Below are positions 56,436 to 64,000 of a stretch of 64,000 nt of DNA, piece by piece. How positions within the stretch are numbered: position 1 is the stretch's first letter; the number at the start of each line of letters is the position of its first letter. The stretch lies in assembly GCA_045596985.1 (NCBI GenBank), contig JAZODM010000044.1, positions 6,222 through 70,221 on the forward strand, in the 5' to 3' direction. The notes below the pieces were generated by a model. The model was not told where the DNA came from, did no database searches, and saw nothing but the letters and a program-made list of their open reading frames with translations. Position numbers and translations under genes: made by a program. The stretch comes from Clostridia bacterium. GTDB lineage: Bacteria > Bacillota > Clostridia > UMGS1883.

Positions 56436-57548
56436 ATGAAAAAGAGCGTTTTATCAGTATTAATCAGTGCAATGCTCGTATTTACTGTTTCTCCGGGTGC
56501 TTTTGCGCAGGAGGGAAGTGAGCAGACTGCAACATATACACTAAGCCTTGAGGATGCTATAAGAATGGCAACAGAGGACAGCCCTCAATTTATAAGCGCA
56601 GATGTAAAAATTGAGGATGCTAAAAGACAGCTTAAAGAGGCGCAGAAAGATAAAAGGAATTTTAAAGGTATAATCAGGCTTCCTGCAGGTCTTTCAAGTG
56701 TTGCGCTGAAGCAGGGCTATTATGTAGCTCAGGCGGAAATAAGCGTTAAGAGTGCAGAGCTTGAAAAGGTAAAGGCACAAAGCTCTGTCTCCTACGATGT
56801 AACGCAGAAGTATTACGGTGTAAAGCTTTCAGAGGCACTTCTTAAAAGCGCACAAAGCGGTTATCAGCTTGCCCTTGAAAATAAAAATACTATGGATACG
56901 CAATTTTCACTCGGTCTTGTTTCCGAACTTGATGTAAAAAATGCCGAGTATGCTGTAGCACAGGCGAAAAATGCGTGTGCTACATATGAAAGAAGTCTTG
57001 ATATATCAAAGAAAAGCCTTTTGATTGCACTTTCGATTGATGACGAAAACGCACAGCTTAATTTAACCGACGATATTGAGTATGAGGAGTTTTCTGCCAA
57101 CCTTTCAGAGGATATTGCACGTGCTATGAATGAGAGGTACGATATTTATTCACTGAAAGCGGCATATGAGCAGGCGGTAAGCTACCGCAAAGTAACAGAG
57201 GTGCTTGGATTATCCTCGTCAGAGTATTCGGCAGCTAACAATAACGTTATACAGATGGAGTATAACTATACAAACACGAAAAAGCTTATAGCGCTTTCAG
57301 TTAATTCGAGCTATAATTCAATTCTTAACGCGCAGGATTCATTAAAGCTTGCTGAGCAGAGCCTTAATCTTCGTGAGCAGGAGTATAATGTCGCAAAAAT
57401 ACAGCACGGCTTGGGAATGATAACCAATACCCAGCTTACCTCGGCAATGAACAGTGTGACAAATGCCCGTATTGAGCTTGAAAATGCAAAGCTTACATAT
57501 AAACTTGCCGTAGAGAAATACGGATATGATATAACAATTGGACTATAA
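56436..57548 (+). CDS. TolC-like outer-membrane-factor family protein
   Basis: Signal peptide with an AFA cleavage site. It has the tandem coiled-coil Q/A/L-rich repeats typical of OEP/TolC. It is first in an MFP-RND operon. Confidence 0.7.
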   Translation: MKKSVLSVLISAMLVFTVSPGAFAQEGSEQTATYTLSLEDAIRMATEDSPQFISADVKIEDAKRQLKEAQKDKRNFKGIIRLPAGLSSVALKQGYYVAQAEISVKSAELEKVKAQSSVSYDVTQKYYGVKLSEALLKSAQSGYQLALENKNTMDTQFSLGLVSELDVKNAEYAVAQAKNACATYERSLDISKKSLLIALSIDDENAQLNLTDDIEYEEFSANLSEDIARAMNERYDIYSLKAAYEQAVSYRKVTEVLGLSSSEYSAANNNVIQMEYNYTNTKKLIALSVNSSYNSILNAQDSLKLAEQSLNLREQEYNVAKIQHGLGMITNTQLTSAMNSVTNARIELENAKLTYKLAVEKYGYDITIGL

Positions 57549-57588
57549 TCAGGGCATAATTTTTATTCATAGGGAAAGGAACAGAAAA

Positions 57589-58830
57589 ATGAAAAGAATA
57601 GCATCATCAGCACTTATACTTGCAATAATACTTGCGGTGACGGGCTGCGGTAAGGGGAAGAAGGTAGCGGCACCTGCAAAAAACGATACGGCGATAAATG
57701 TTTCTGTATTTGAGGTAACGAAGCAAACTATTGAGGACACTGTTACATATACTGGAGAAATAAAAGCATCCGCTGCAGCAAGCATTTCTGCAAAGGCAAG
57801 CGGCGTTGCAATGGCAGTATATAAAGAAATCGGCGATTACGTAAATGCAGGCGACATCCTTCTTTTAATTGACGATACGGATTACCGCACGCAGTACAAT
57901 CAGGCAAGCGCTGCTTATGAGGCGGCGCGCGCTCAATATAACAGTGTAACAAACGGCGGCGCGCAGCAGACAAAGCTGCAGCTTGAGGCGGCGCTTAATT
58001 CTGCTAAGATAGAGTATAACAATGCAAAAACCAATTACGAAAACCAAAAAGTTCTTTATGAAAGCGGCGCAATAAGTAAGAGTGCGTATGACAGCGCAGT
58101 TACCCGTTATGAAAATGCGCAGATAAACTATAATGCCGCGCAAAGTAACTATGACGTTACAATAGGAGTGGTTCTTGAAGAAAACAAGACCAGCGCGAAA
58201 GCAAACCTTAACAGTGCCTCTGTAGCTCTCGAGGCGGCATCAAACGCTCTTGACAACACTGTTGTAAGAGCGCCTATTTCGGGGTATATTGCAGCAAGAA
58301 ACGCTAACAAGGGACAGATGGTAACACCTGGGGTGGAGATATTTTCCATTAAGTCTACTGACAGTGTTGAGGCGCAGATAAATGTAACTGAATCCATTAT
58401 TTCAAATGTATCTGTCGGAACAAAGGCAACTATCGGTGTCAAGGCGGCAGATGCAGAAAATATCGAGGGAACTGTAACCACGCTCAGTCCTACCAAAAAT
58501 GCACAGACGGGAATGTATCAGGTAGGAATTACTATTGAAAATACAGACGGCGTGCTTAAAGACGGTATGTTTGCAGACGTAACCCTTGCCCTCAACGCAA
58601 GTGAGAACGCCCTTGTTATTCCGTCAGAAGCCGTTTTAGAGGATGAGGACGGTACAAAGTACGTTTACGTTGCAGGTAAGGACACTGCTGAAAGGGCGGA
58701 CGTTCAGGTAGGCATAATCACCGATGAATATACTCAGATTGTTAAAGGTGTATCAGAGGGGGATGAGGTAGTCGTTTCGGGTCAGGACTATCTGTCAGAA
58801 AAGAATAACAAAATTAAAGTTGTGAAGTAA
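57589..58830 (+). CDS. efflux RND transporter periplasmic adaptor (MFP/HlyD family) lipoprotein
   Basis: Lipobox LAVTGCG, a long coiled-coil hairpin, and beta-barrel/MP domains. Confidence 0.8.
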   Translation: MKRIASSALILAIILAVTGCGKGKKVAAPAKNDTAINVSVFEVTKQTIEDTVTYTGEIKASAAASISAKASGVAMAVYKEIGDYVNAGDILLLIDDTDYRTQYNQASAAYEAARAQYNSVTNGGAQQTKLQLEAALNSAKIEYNNAKTNYENQKVLYESGAISKSAYDSAVTRYENAQINYNAAQSNYDVTIGVVLEENKTSAKANLNSASVALEAASNALDNTVVRAPISGYIAARNANKGQMVTPGVEIFSIKSTDSVEAQINVTESIISNVSVGTKATIGVKAADAENIEGTVTTLSPTKNAQTGMYQVGITIENTDGVLKDGMFADVTLALNASENALVIPSEAVLEDEDGTKYVYVAGKDTAERADVQVGIITDEYTQIVKGVSEGDEVVVSGQDYLSEKNNKIKVVK

Positions 58831-58843
58831 GGGGCGAACAGCA

Positions 58844-61800
58844 GTGAAATTACATGAATTATCGGTAAAAAGACCCATTGCCGTTACAATGGCGGTGCTG
58901 ATATTTGTCGTTATAGGTATTTATTCGCTTTCTATGCTTCCCATTGATGCAATGCCTGAAATGGATTTAAAGATGGCTGTCGTGATGACAACGTATCAGA
59001 ATGTAGGCTCCGAGGAAATTGAAAACCTTATAACCGAGCCGATTGAGGAGGCTATAGCCTCCGTTTCAGGTCTTGACACGATGCAAAGCCAGTCGATGGA
59101 GGGAATGAGCGTCGTTATGGTGCAGTTTACAAACAGCACCGATATTGACGAGGCGGTCAGTACCATTGAGAATAATATTGATATGATTTCAATGATGCTC
59201 CCCGAAGATGCGAGCGAGCCTACAGTCTTAAAGCTTGATATGAATTCTATGGCATCGGCGATGATGTCGGTATCATACGAGGGATATGACCTTATCCAGA
59301 CAAAGCAGTTTATTGAGGATAATGTCGAGCATAAGCTTAAGTCAGCAGGTGGTGTAGCCTCCGTTAACATAAGCGGCGGACGTGACAGAGTTATTGAAAT
59401 AGAAGTCGATCCTGAAAAAATGCAGGGATATAATATGTCGTTTGGCGATATTGTCGGTGCAATATCGGGGCAGAACAACAATCTGCCTGCAGGAAATACC
59501 GAGTCGAACAAAAAGGATTTGTCTGTCCGTATGATGGGAGAATTTGAAAAGCTTTCAGATATAGGACTTGTTCCGCTGACAACCTCGCAGGGGCAGGTTA
59601 TATACATAAGGGATATTGCAAATGTAAAAGATGCATATTCTGACGAGGCTACATATTCACGTATAAACGGTGAAAACTCTATTTCGATTTCAATCAGCAG
59701 TGAATCAGATGCAAACACCGTTGATGTCGTAAACGGCGTTTTAAAGGCACTTGAAGAAATCAAGGCGCAGCATCCCAAATTCAATTACAATATTACTATG
59801 GAGCAGGCAAGCTATATTGAGGATTCAATCGCCTCCGTTGCACAGAGCGCCATTATCGGAGGTCTGCTTGCGATAATAATTCTCTTTTTATTCCTTGGAA
59901 ACGCGCGAAATGCGCTTGTAATCGGCGTTTCAATGCCTGTATCGGTTATCACAACCTTTATTGGTATGTTTGTGTCTGGAATGACGCTTAATATTGTTTC
60001 GCTCGGAGGTTTGGCGCTGGGCGTAGGTATGCTGGTGGATAATGCAGTCGTTGTTCTTGAAAATATATTCCGAAGAAGAAAAACCTACGGCGATGATGCA
60101 AACACAGGTGCAATGAAGGGAACGGCAGAGGTTATCGGTGCAGTTGTTGCATCTGTGCTTACAACATGTATTGTATACGTGCCTATTCTTTTCATAGATA
60201 ATATGATGGCAATAATGTTTAAGCAGCTTGCATTTACAATCGTATTTTCACAGACTGCATCACTGCTTACAACTATGCTTATAGTTCCTATGCTTTCCTC
60301 GAAAATTGAGGATATAGAGGAAAGGAATAAAACATTTTCATTTGTTCTTACCCCGTTTGATAAAATGATGAATTTCTTTTACAGTGTGTATGAAAAGTCA
60401 CTACGCTATGTGCTTTCGCACAGAAAATCTTTTCTTTCGGGGGTAATGGCAGTATTTGTGCTGAGTATGTTTATCCTTTCTATTAAGGGTATGACGCTGA
60501 TGCCTTCAAGTGATGAGGGAACAATATCAATTTCGCTTGAGCTTCCGCAGGGCTCCAAGCTTGAAACAACAGACACTCTTGTGCGCAAAATTGAGGATAT
60601 TGTAAAGGAATATGAAGATATTGAAACAATTTCCTCAAGTGTTGGCTCAGGCGGTATGATGTCTTTACTTGGTGCGTCAAGCGGCAATCAGGCAAGCATA
60701 ACCCTTACCCTTGCAGAGGACAGAAAGACAGCTACAACCGATGCCGTGCAAAAAATCCGTGAGATGCTTTCTGATATTACCGGTGCGGAGCTTTCCATCG
60801 AGGCATCAAGCCAGAGTATGTCGATGTCATCTGATGAGGTGCAGTTCAGGTTTACTGCAAATGACGATGAAGCGCTTGAAGATTATGTAATAAAGGCGCA
60901 GCAGCTTCTTGCCACAGTAGAGGGCGTGACCGAGACTGAAACCTCTATCGGCGATACAAAGTCGGAGGTCAGAATTAGGCTTGACCAGTCGCGCGCGGCA
61001 CGTTACGCGATTAATACTGCCTATGCGGCAAATCTCGTAAACTATGCGCTAAACGGTGTCAAGGCTTCTGAATTTACCGAAAAAGGCTCAGAATATGATA
61101 TCAGGGTAGTATATCCCGAAAGCTACGTTAAAAATTATGAAGAACTTAAAACGATGCAGATAAAAAGTCCTATGGGACAGTGGATTACACTTTCCGATAT
61201 TGCCGATGTTTATATAGAGCAGGGACAGACAACTCTCACGCGTGTTGACCAGAAGCGTGTTGTAACGCTCACCGGTAAGATTTACAAAGCTGATATGGGA
61301 ACCGTCACACGCAAATTTAATGCGGAGATTTCAAAGCTTGGAACAATTGACGGCATTTCCCAGCAGTCTGCAGGTTCATACGAAGTAATGATCGAGGCGA
61401 TGCTGTCACTTGTTGTTGCGATACTGCTTGGTATCCTTCTGATGTATATGATAATGGCTGCACAGTTTGAAAACCTTGTTCATCCGTTTATTATTCTTTG
61501 CACGCTTCCTCTTGCGATGATTGGTGTTGTGCTCGGACTTGTTGTTTCGGGAACACCGCTTAGTGTTGTAAGCTGCATTGGTATACTGATGCTTATAGGT
61601 ATCATAGTAAATAATGCGATTGTACTTATTGAATTTATAAACGACCAGAGAAGGAAAAATCCTGATATGCCGCGTATACAGCAGGTTGTAAACGCAGGTA
61701 TAGTAAGAATGAGACCTATTCTTATGACCTCGCTTACATCAATTTTAGGATTTTTGCCGATGGCAATGGATAGCGAGGGCGGCGGTGTTATGATGCAGCC

Positions 61801-61954
61801 GCTTGCAGTAGCACTTGTCGGCGGACTTACAGTAGGTACATTCCTGACACTTTACGTAATTCCCGTTATTTACTCCATAGTGGATGAAAAACAGGAAAAG
61901 CGTGCCAGGAAGAGGGCGATAAGAAAAGCCGTTAAAAAATCAATAGAGGGATAA
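58844..61954 (+). CDS. efflux RND transporter permease (AcrB/HAE1 family)
   Basis: A 1036-aa protein with 12 TM segments and two large periplasmic loops. The ALVIGVSMPVSV...LGGLALGVGMLVDNAVVV pattern is characteristic of AcrB-like pumps. Confidence 0.92.
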   Translation: MKLHELSVKRPIAVTMAVLIFVVIGIYSLSMLPIDAMPEMDLKMAVVMTTYQNVGSEEIENLITEPIEEAIASVSGLDTMQSQSMEGMSVVMVQFTNSTDIDEAVSTIENNIDMISMMLPEDASEPTVLKLDMNSMASAMMSVSYEGYDLIQTKQFIEDNVEHKLKSAGGVASVNISGGRDRVIEIEVDPEKMQGYNMSFGDIVGAISGQNNNLPAGNTESNKKDLSVRMMGEFEKLSDIGLVPLTTSQGQVIYIRDIANVKDAYSDEATYSRINGENSISISISSESDANTVDVVNGVLKALEEIKAQHPKFNYNITMEQASYIEDSIASVAQSAIIGGLLAIIILFLFLGNARNALVIGVSMPVSVITTFIGMFVSGMTLNIVSLGGLALGVGMLVDNAVVVLENIFRRRKTYGDDANTGAMKGTAEVIGAVVASVLTTCIVYVPILFIDNMMAIMFKQLAFTIVFSQTASLLTTMLIVPMLSSKIEDIEERNKTFSFVLTPFDKMMNFFYSVYEKSLRYVLSHRKSFLSGVMAVFVLSMFILSIKGMTLMPSSDEGTISISLELPQGSKLETTDTLVRKIEDIVKEYEDIETISSSVGSGGMMSLLGASSGNQASITLTLAEDRKTATTDAVQKIREMLSDITGAELSIEASSQSMSMSSDEVQFRFTANDDEALEDYVIKAQQLLATVEGVTETETSIGDTKSEVRIRLDQSRAARYAINTAYAANLVNYALNGVKASEFTEKGSEYDIRVVYPESYVKNYEELKTMQIKSPMGQWITLSDIADVYIEQGQTTLTRVDQKRVVTLTGKIYKADMGTVTRKFNAEISKLGTIDGISQQSAGSYEVMIEAMLSLVVAILLGILLMYMIMAAQFENLVHPFIILCTLPLAMIGVVLGLVVSGTPLSVVSCIGILMLIGIIVNNAIVLIEFINDQRRKNPDMPRIQQVVNAGIVRMRPILMTSLTSILGFLPMAMDSEGGGVMMQPLAVALVGGLTVGTFLTLYVIPVIYSIVDEKQEKRARKRAIRKAVKKSIEG

Positions 61955-62073
61955 AAATTATACGGCTGTGGCAAAAATACGGAGATTAAAATATTAGTCA
62001 AAAGTGTTGACTTTTCAAAGCAAAAGGATATCTTTAAGTGCAAGGTAGGTATCACTGGAAATAAGATTTCTCG

Positions 62074-62112
62074 TCCTCTGTGTCTGTTTTAGATGCAGAG
62101 GATTTTTCTTTT
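62074..62112 (+). terminator. rho-independent terminator after the RND operon
   Basis: tcctctg...cagagga followed by tttttcttttt. Confidence 0.7.
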
Positions 62113-62198
62113 TACATTATGATATTTACCAATTTTACCAAGAAGGAAGTGAAAACAGGCGGTATGTCTCTTTTTGTGTGCAAACTTTACAGATTAAC

Positions 62199-62227
62199 TT
62201 GACAGATGTAAAGCTTTGTGTTAACAT
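62199..62227 (+). promoter_or_regulatory. nadA promoter TTGACA-17-(TGt)TAACAT
   Basis: -35 at 62199-204 and an extended -10 at 62219-227. The RBS ctaaggtgg lies 9 nt before ATG 62269. Confidence 0.5.
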
Positions 62228-62268
62228 ATTTGGGAAAATGTTTAGAGCTTCTAAGGTGGTTTTTTACA

Positions 62269-63168
62269 ATGGATAAACAGATTGAAAAATTAAGGTCAGA
62301 AAAAAATGCGGTAATTCTTGCACATTATTATGCACCCGATGAAATACAGAAAATTGCTGACTATGTGGGCGACTCTTTCTATCTTGCAAAAATTGCAAAG
62401 AAAACATCTGCTGATATAATTGTATTTTGCGGAGTTTCATTTATGGGGGAGAGTGCCAAGATATTAAACCCTGATAAGAAGGTTCTTATGCCTGATTTAT
62501 CAGCAGATTGTCCTATGGCACATATGGTAGCCGAGGGTAAAATTGCGCAAATGCGGGAAAAATATGATGATTTGGCTGTGGTATGCTACATCAATTCTAC
62601 CGCGCAGCTTAAATGCCAAAGTGATGTTTGTGTAACATCGTCAAATGCAGTAAAGATAGTCAGGTCATTACCAAATAAAAATATATTCTTTATTCCCGAC
62701 CGTAACCTCGGCAGGTTTGTAGCGGAACAGGTGCCTGAGAAAAATATTATTATAAATGACGGCTTTTGTCCAATCCATGCTGATATAAATGGGGAACAGT
62801 TAATGAATTCAAAAAAGAAGCACCCCGGCGCAAAAGTCCTTTCACATCCTGAATGTGAGATGGAGGTGCTCAAACTGTCGGATTACATAGGAAGTACGGC
62901 AGATATAATTGATTATGCAAAGAAAAGCGATGATAAAGAGTTTATCATATGCACGGAAAGCGGCGTTATGTATAAGCTTATTTGTGATAATCCCGACAAA
63001 AAGTTCTATTTTGTAAATCCATTGCCTTGTTGCAGTGATATGAAGCTCAACACACTTGAAAATGTACTTAAAGTCCTGAAAGAGGAAATAAACGAGGTTA
63101 AGATAAGTGAGGAAATGAGGAAGAAAGCCATTATTCCTCTTGAGAGAATGTTGGAGTGTGTAAAATAA
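62269..63168 (+). CDS. nadA: quinolinate synthase NadA
   Basis: ILAHYYAPDEIQ and three conserved Cys (CPMAHM, CPIHA, PLPCCSD). ATG 62269 is preferred over the track's 62218. Confidence 0.9.
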   Translation: MDKQIEKLRSEKNAVILAHYYAPDEIQKIADYVGDSFYLAKIAKKTSADIIVFCGVSFMGESAKILNPDKKVLMPDLSADCPMAHMVAEGKIAQMREKYDDLAVVCYINSTAQLKCQSDVCVTSSNAVKIVRSLPNKNIFFIPDRNLGRFVAEQVPEKNIIINDGFCPIHADINGEQLMNSKKKHPGAKVLSHPECEMEVLKLSDYIGSTADIIDYAKKSDDKEFIICTESGVMYKLICDNPDKKFYFVNPLPCCSDMKLNTLENVLKVLKEEINEVKISEEMRKKAIIPLERMLECVK

Positions 63169-64000
63169 TGGATACAGATATATTAATTGTCGGAAGCGGT
63201 GTTGCAGGGCTTTACTGTGCGCTGAACTTTCCCGAAAACAGAAATATTTTAATAGTTACAAAGAATAAAGCAAAGAAAAGTGATTCCTTTCTTGCACAGG
63301 GCGGTATTTGCGTTTTAAAGGATGAATCAGATTATAAAGCATTTTACGAAGATACTCTGCGGGCGGGGCGTTATGAAAACAATCCCCAAGCCGTAGATAT
63401 TATGATTCGTTCCTCGCAAGGTGTGATTGAGGACCTTGTATCTTTCGGTGTCCGCTTTGAAAAGAACGGCGAAAACTTTAATTATACAAGGGAAGGTGCA
63501 CATTCATCACCAAGAATACTTTTTCACGAAGATGAAACGGGAAAGGAAATAACATCGCATCTTCTTGAAACTGCAAAGAAACGTAAGAACATCACCCTTA
63601 TAGAGAATTTTACTATGGTTGATTTAATCTGTGATGATAATATGTGCTACGGCATAATAGGGCACGATGAAAACGAAGTCTATCAGGCAATATACGCTAA
63701 CTTTACCGTGCTTGCTGCGGGTGGCATCGGTGGTTTGTTTGAACATTCTACAAATTACAGGCATTTGACAGGTGATGCGATTGCCCTTGCAATCAAATAT
63801 GGTATTAAGCTTAGCCATCCGGATTACATACAAATTCATCCAACGACACTGTACACAAAGAAAGAAGGTCGTAAATTTTTAATATCCGAGTCAGTCCGGG
63901 GCGAGGGTGCTCTGCTTTTAAATTCGAAAGGCGAGAGGTTTGTGAATGAACTTCTTCCCCGTGACGTAGTAGCCAAGGCGATATTTGATGAAATGGAAAA
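63168..64000 (+). CDS. nadB: L-aspartate oxidase NadB (3' partial at window edge)
   Basis: The ATG overlaps the nadA stop (TAATG). FAD motif DILIVGSGVAGL and the SxxAQGGI region. The ORF is open to the window end. Confidence 0.85.
   Translation, partial: MDTDILIVGSGVAGLYCALNFPENRNILIVTKNKAKKSDSFLAQGGICVLKDESDYKAFYEDTLRAGRYENNPQAVDIMIRSSQGVIEDLVSFGVRFEKNGENFNYTREGAHSSPRILFHEDETGKEITSHLLETAKKRKNITLIENFTMVDLICDDNMCYGIIGHDENEVYQAIYANFTVLAAGGIGGLFEHSTNYRHLTGDAIALAIKYGIKLSHPDYIQIHPTTLYTKKEGRKFLISESVRGEGALLLNSKGERFVNELLPRDVVAKAIFDEME

Noticed and set aside
58996-59784. 262-aa minus-strand ORF
   Set aside because: It is antisense inside the RND permease gene, with Ser/Ile-rich low-complexity content and no start context.
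62150-62230. NiaR (NadR-like) operator upstream of nadA
   Set aside because: No convincing dyad symmetry was found, and the TACAGAT/AGATGTA halves mismatch. I cannot recall the consensus well enough to call it.
62218-62268. N-terminal 17-aa extension of NadA (MLTYLGKCLELLRWFFT)
   Set aside because: The extension overlaps the extended -10 (62219-62227) of the promoter, and no RBS precedes 62218. ATG 62269 has the RBS ctaaggtgg and gives a canonical NadA N-terminus.
1-64000. CRISPR arrays, rRNA and tRNA genes, integrase or transposase genes
   Set aside because: No regularly spaced direct repeats, no rRNA/tRNA-like segments, and no recombinase-like ORFs were seen anywhere in the window.

Overview
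This 64-kb window is overwhelmingly + strand and looks like chromosomal DNA from a low-GC, spore-forming Firmicute of class Clostridia (no search run). Conserved syntenies support this: maf-mreC-mreD-mrdA-minCDE-mgsA, ecfA1-ecfA2-ecfT-truA, scpA-scpB-ytfI(DUF2953)-gerW(ytfJ), and a minus-strand pyk-glyA-cobO unit. I found no rRNA, tRNA or CRISPR. Most genes are core housekeeping: PFOR, ppa, pyk, glyA, dxs, greA, rqcH, tlyA, nadA and the start of nadB.

Items that deserve a second look, in my order of interest:
1. The 5'-truncated first gene encodes a TetM/EF-G-like translational GTPase fused in frame to a C-terminal YacP/Rae1-type NYN nuclease domain.
2. A 270-bp MITE-like element at 38.05-38.32 kb is bounded by 27-bp terminal inverted repeats. 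It carries a 38-nt promoter-like module that recurs identically upstream of mreC.
3. A low-GC two-gene islet (DUF1273/YpsA-like SLOG protein plus a class III NmFic-like Fic AMPylase) is bracketed by two near-identical 24-bp terminator hairpins.
4. A palindrome TTGGGGAC-W-GTCCCCAA recurs at three intergenic sites.
5. A 7-6-7 palindrome TGGTTAG-N6-CTAACCA sits at +1 of feoA and again before feoB.
6. A 51-aa FeoB-associated Cys-rich ORF follows feoB and is missing from the ORF track.
7. A 9-6-9 operator-like palindrome straddles the -35 of a secreted-protein gene.
8. An ABC-DUF1854-ABC exporter operon has extra N-terminal cytoplasmic domains on both ABC proteins.
9. A block of two heterodimeric ABC exporters is followed by a TolC-like/MFP/RND tripartite pump.

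Many long antisense ORFs in the track lie inside strongly supported genes and were rejected.
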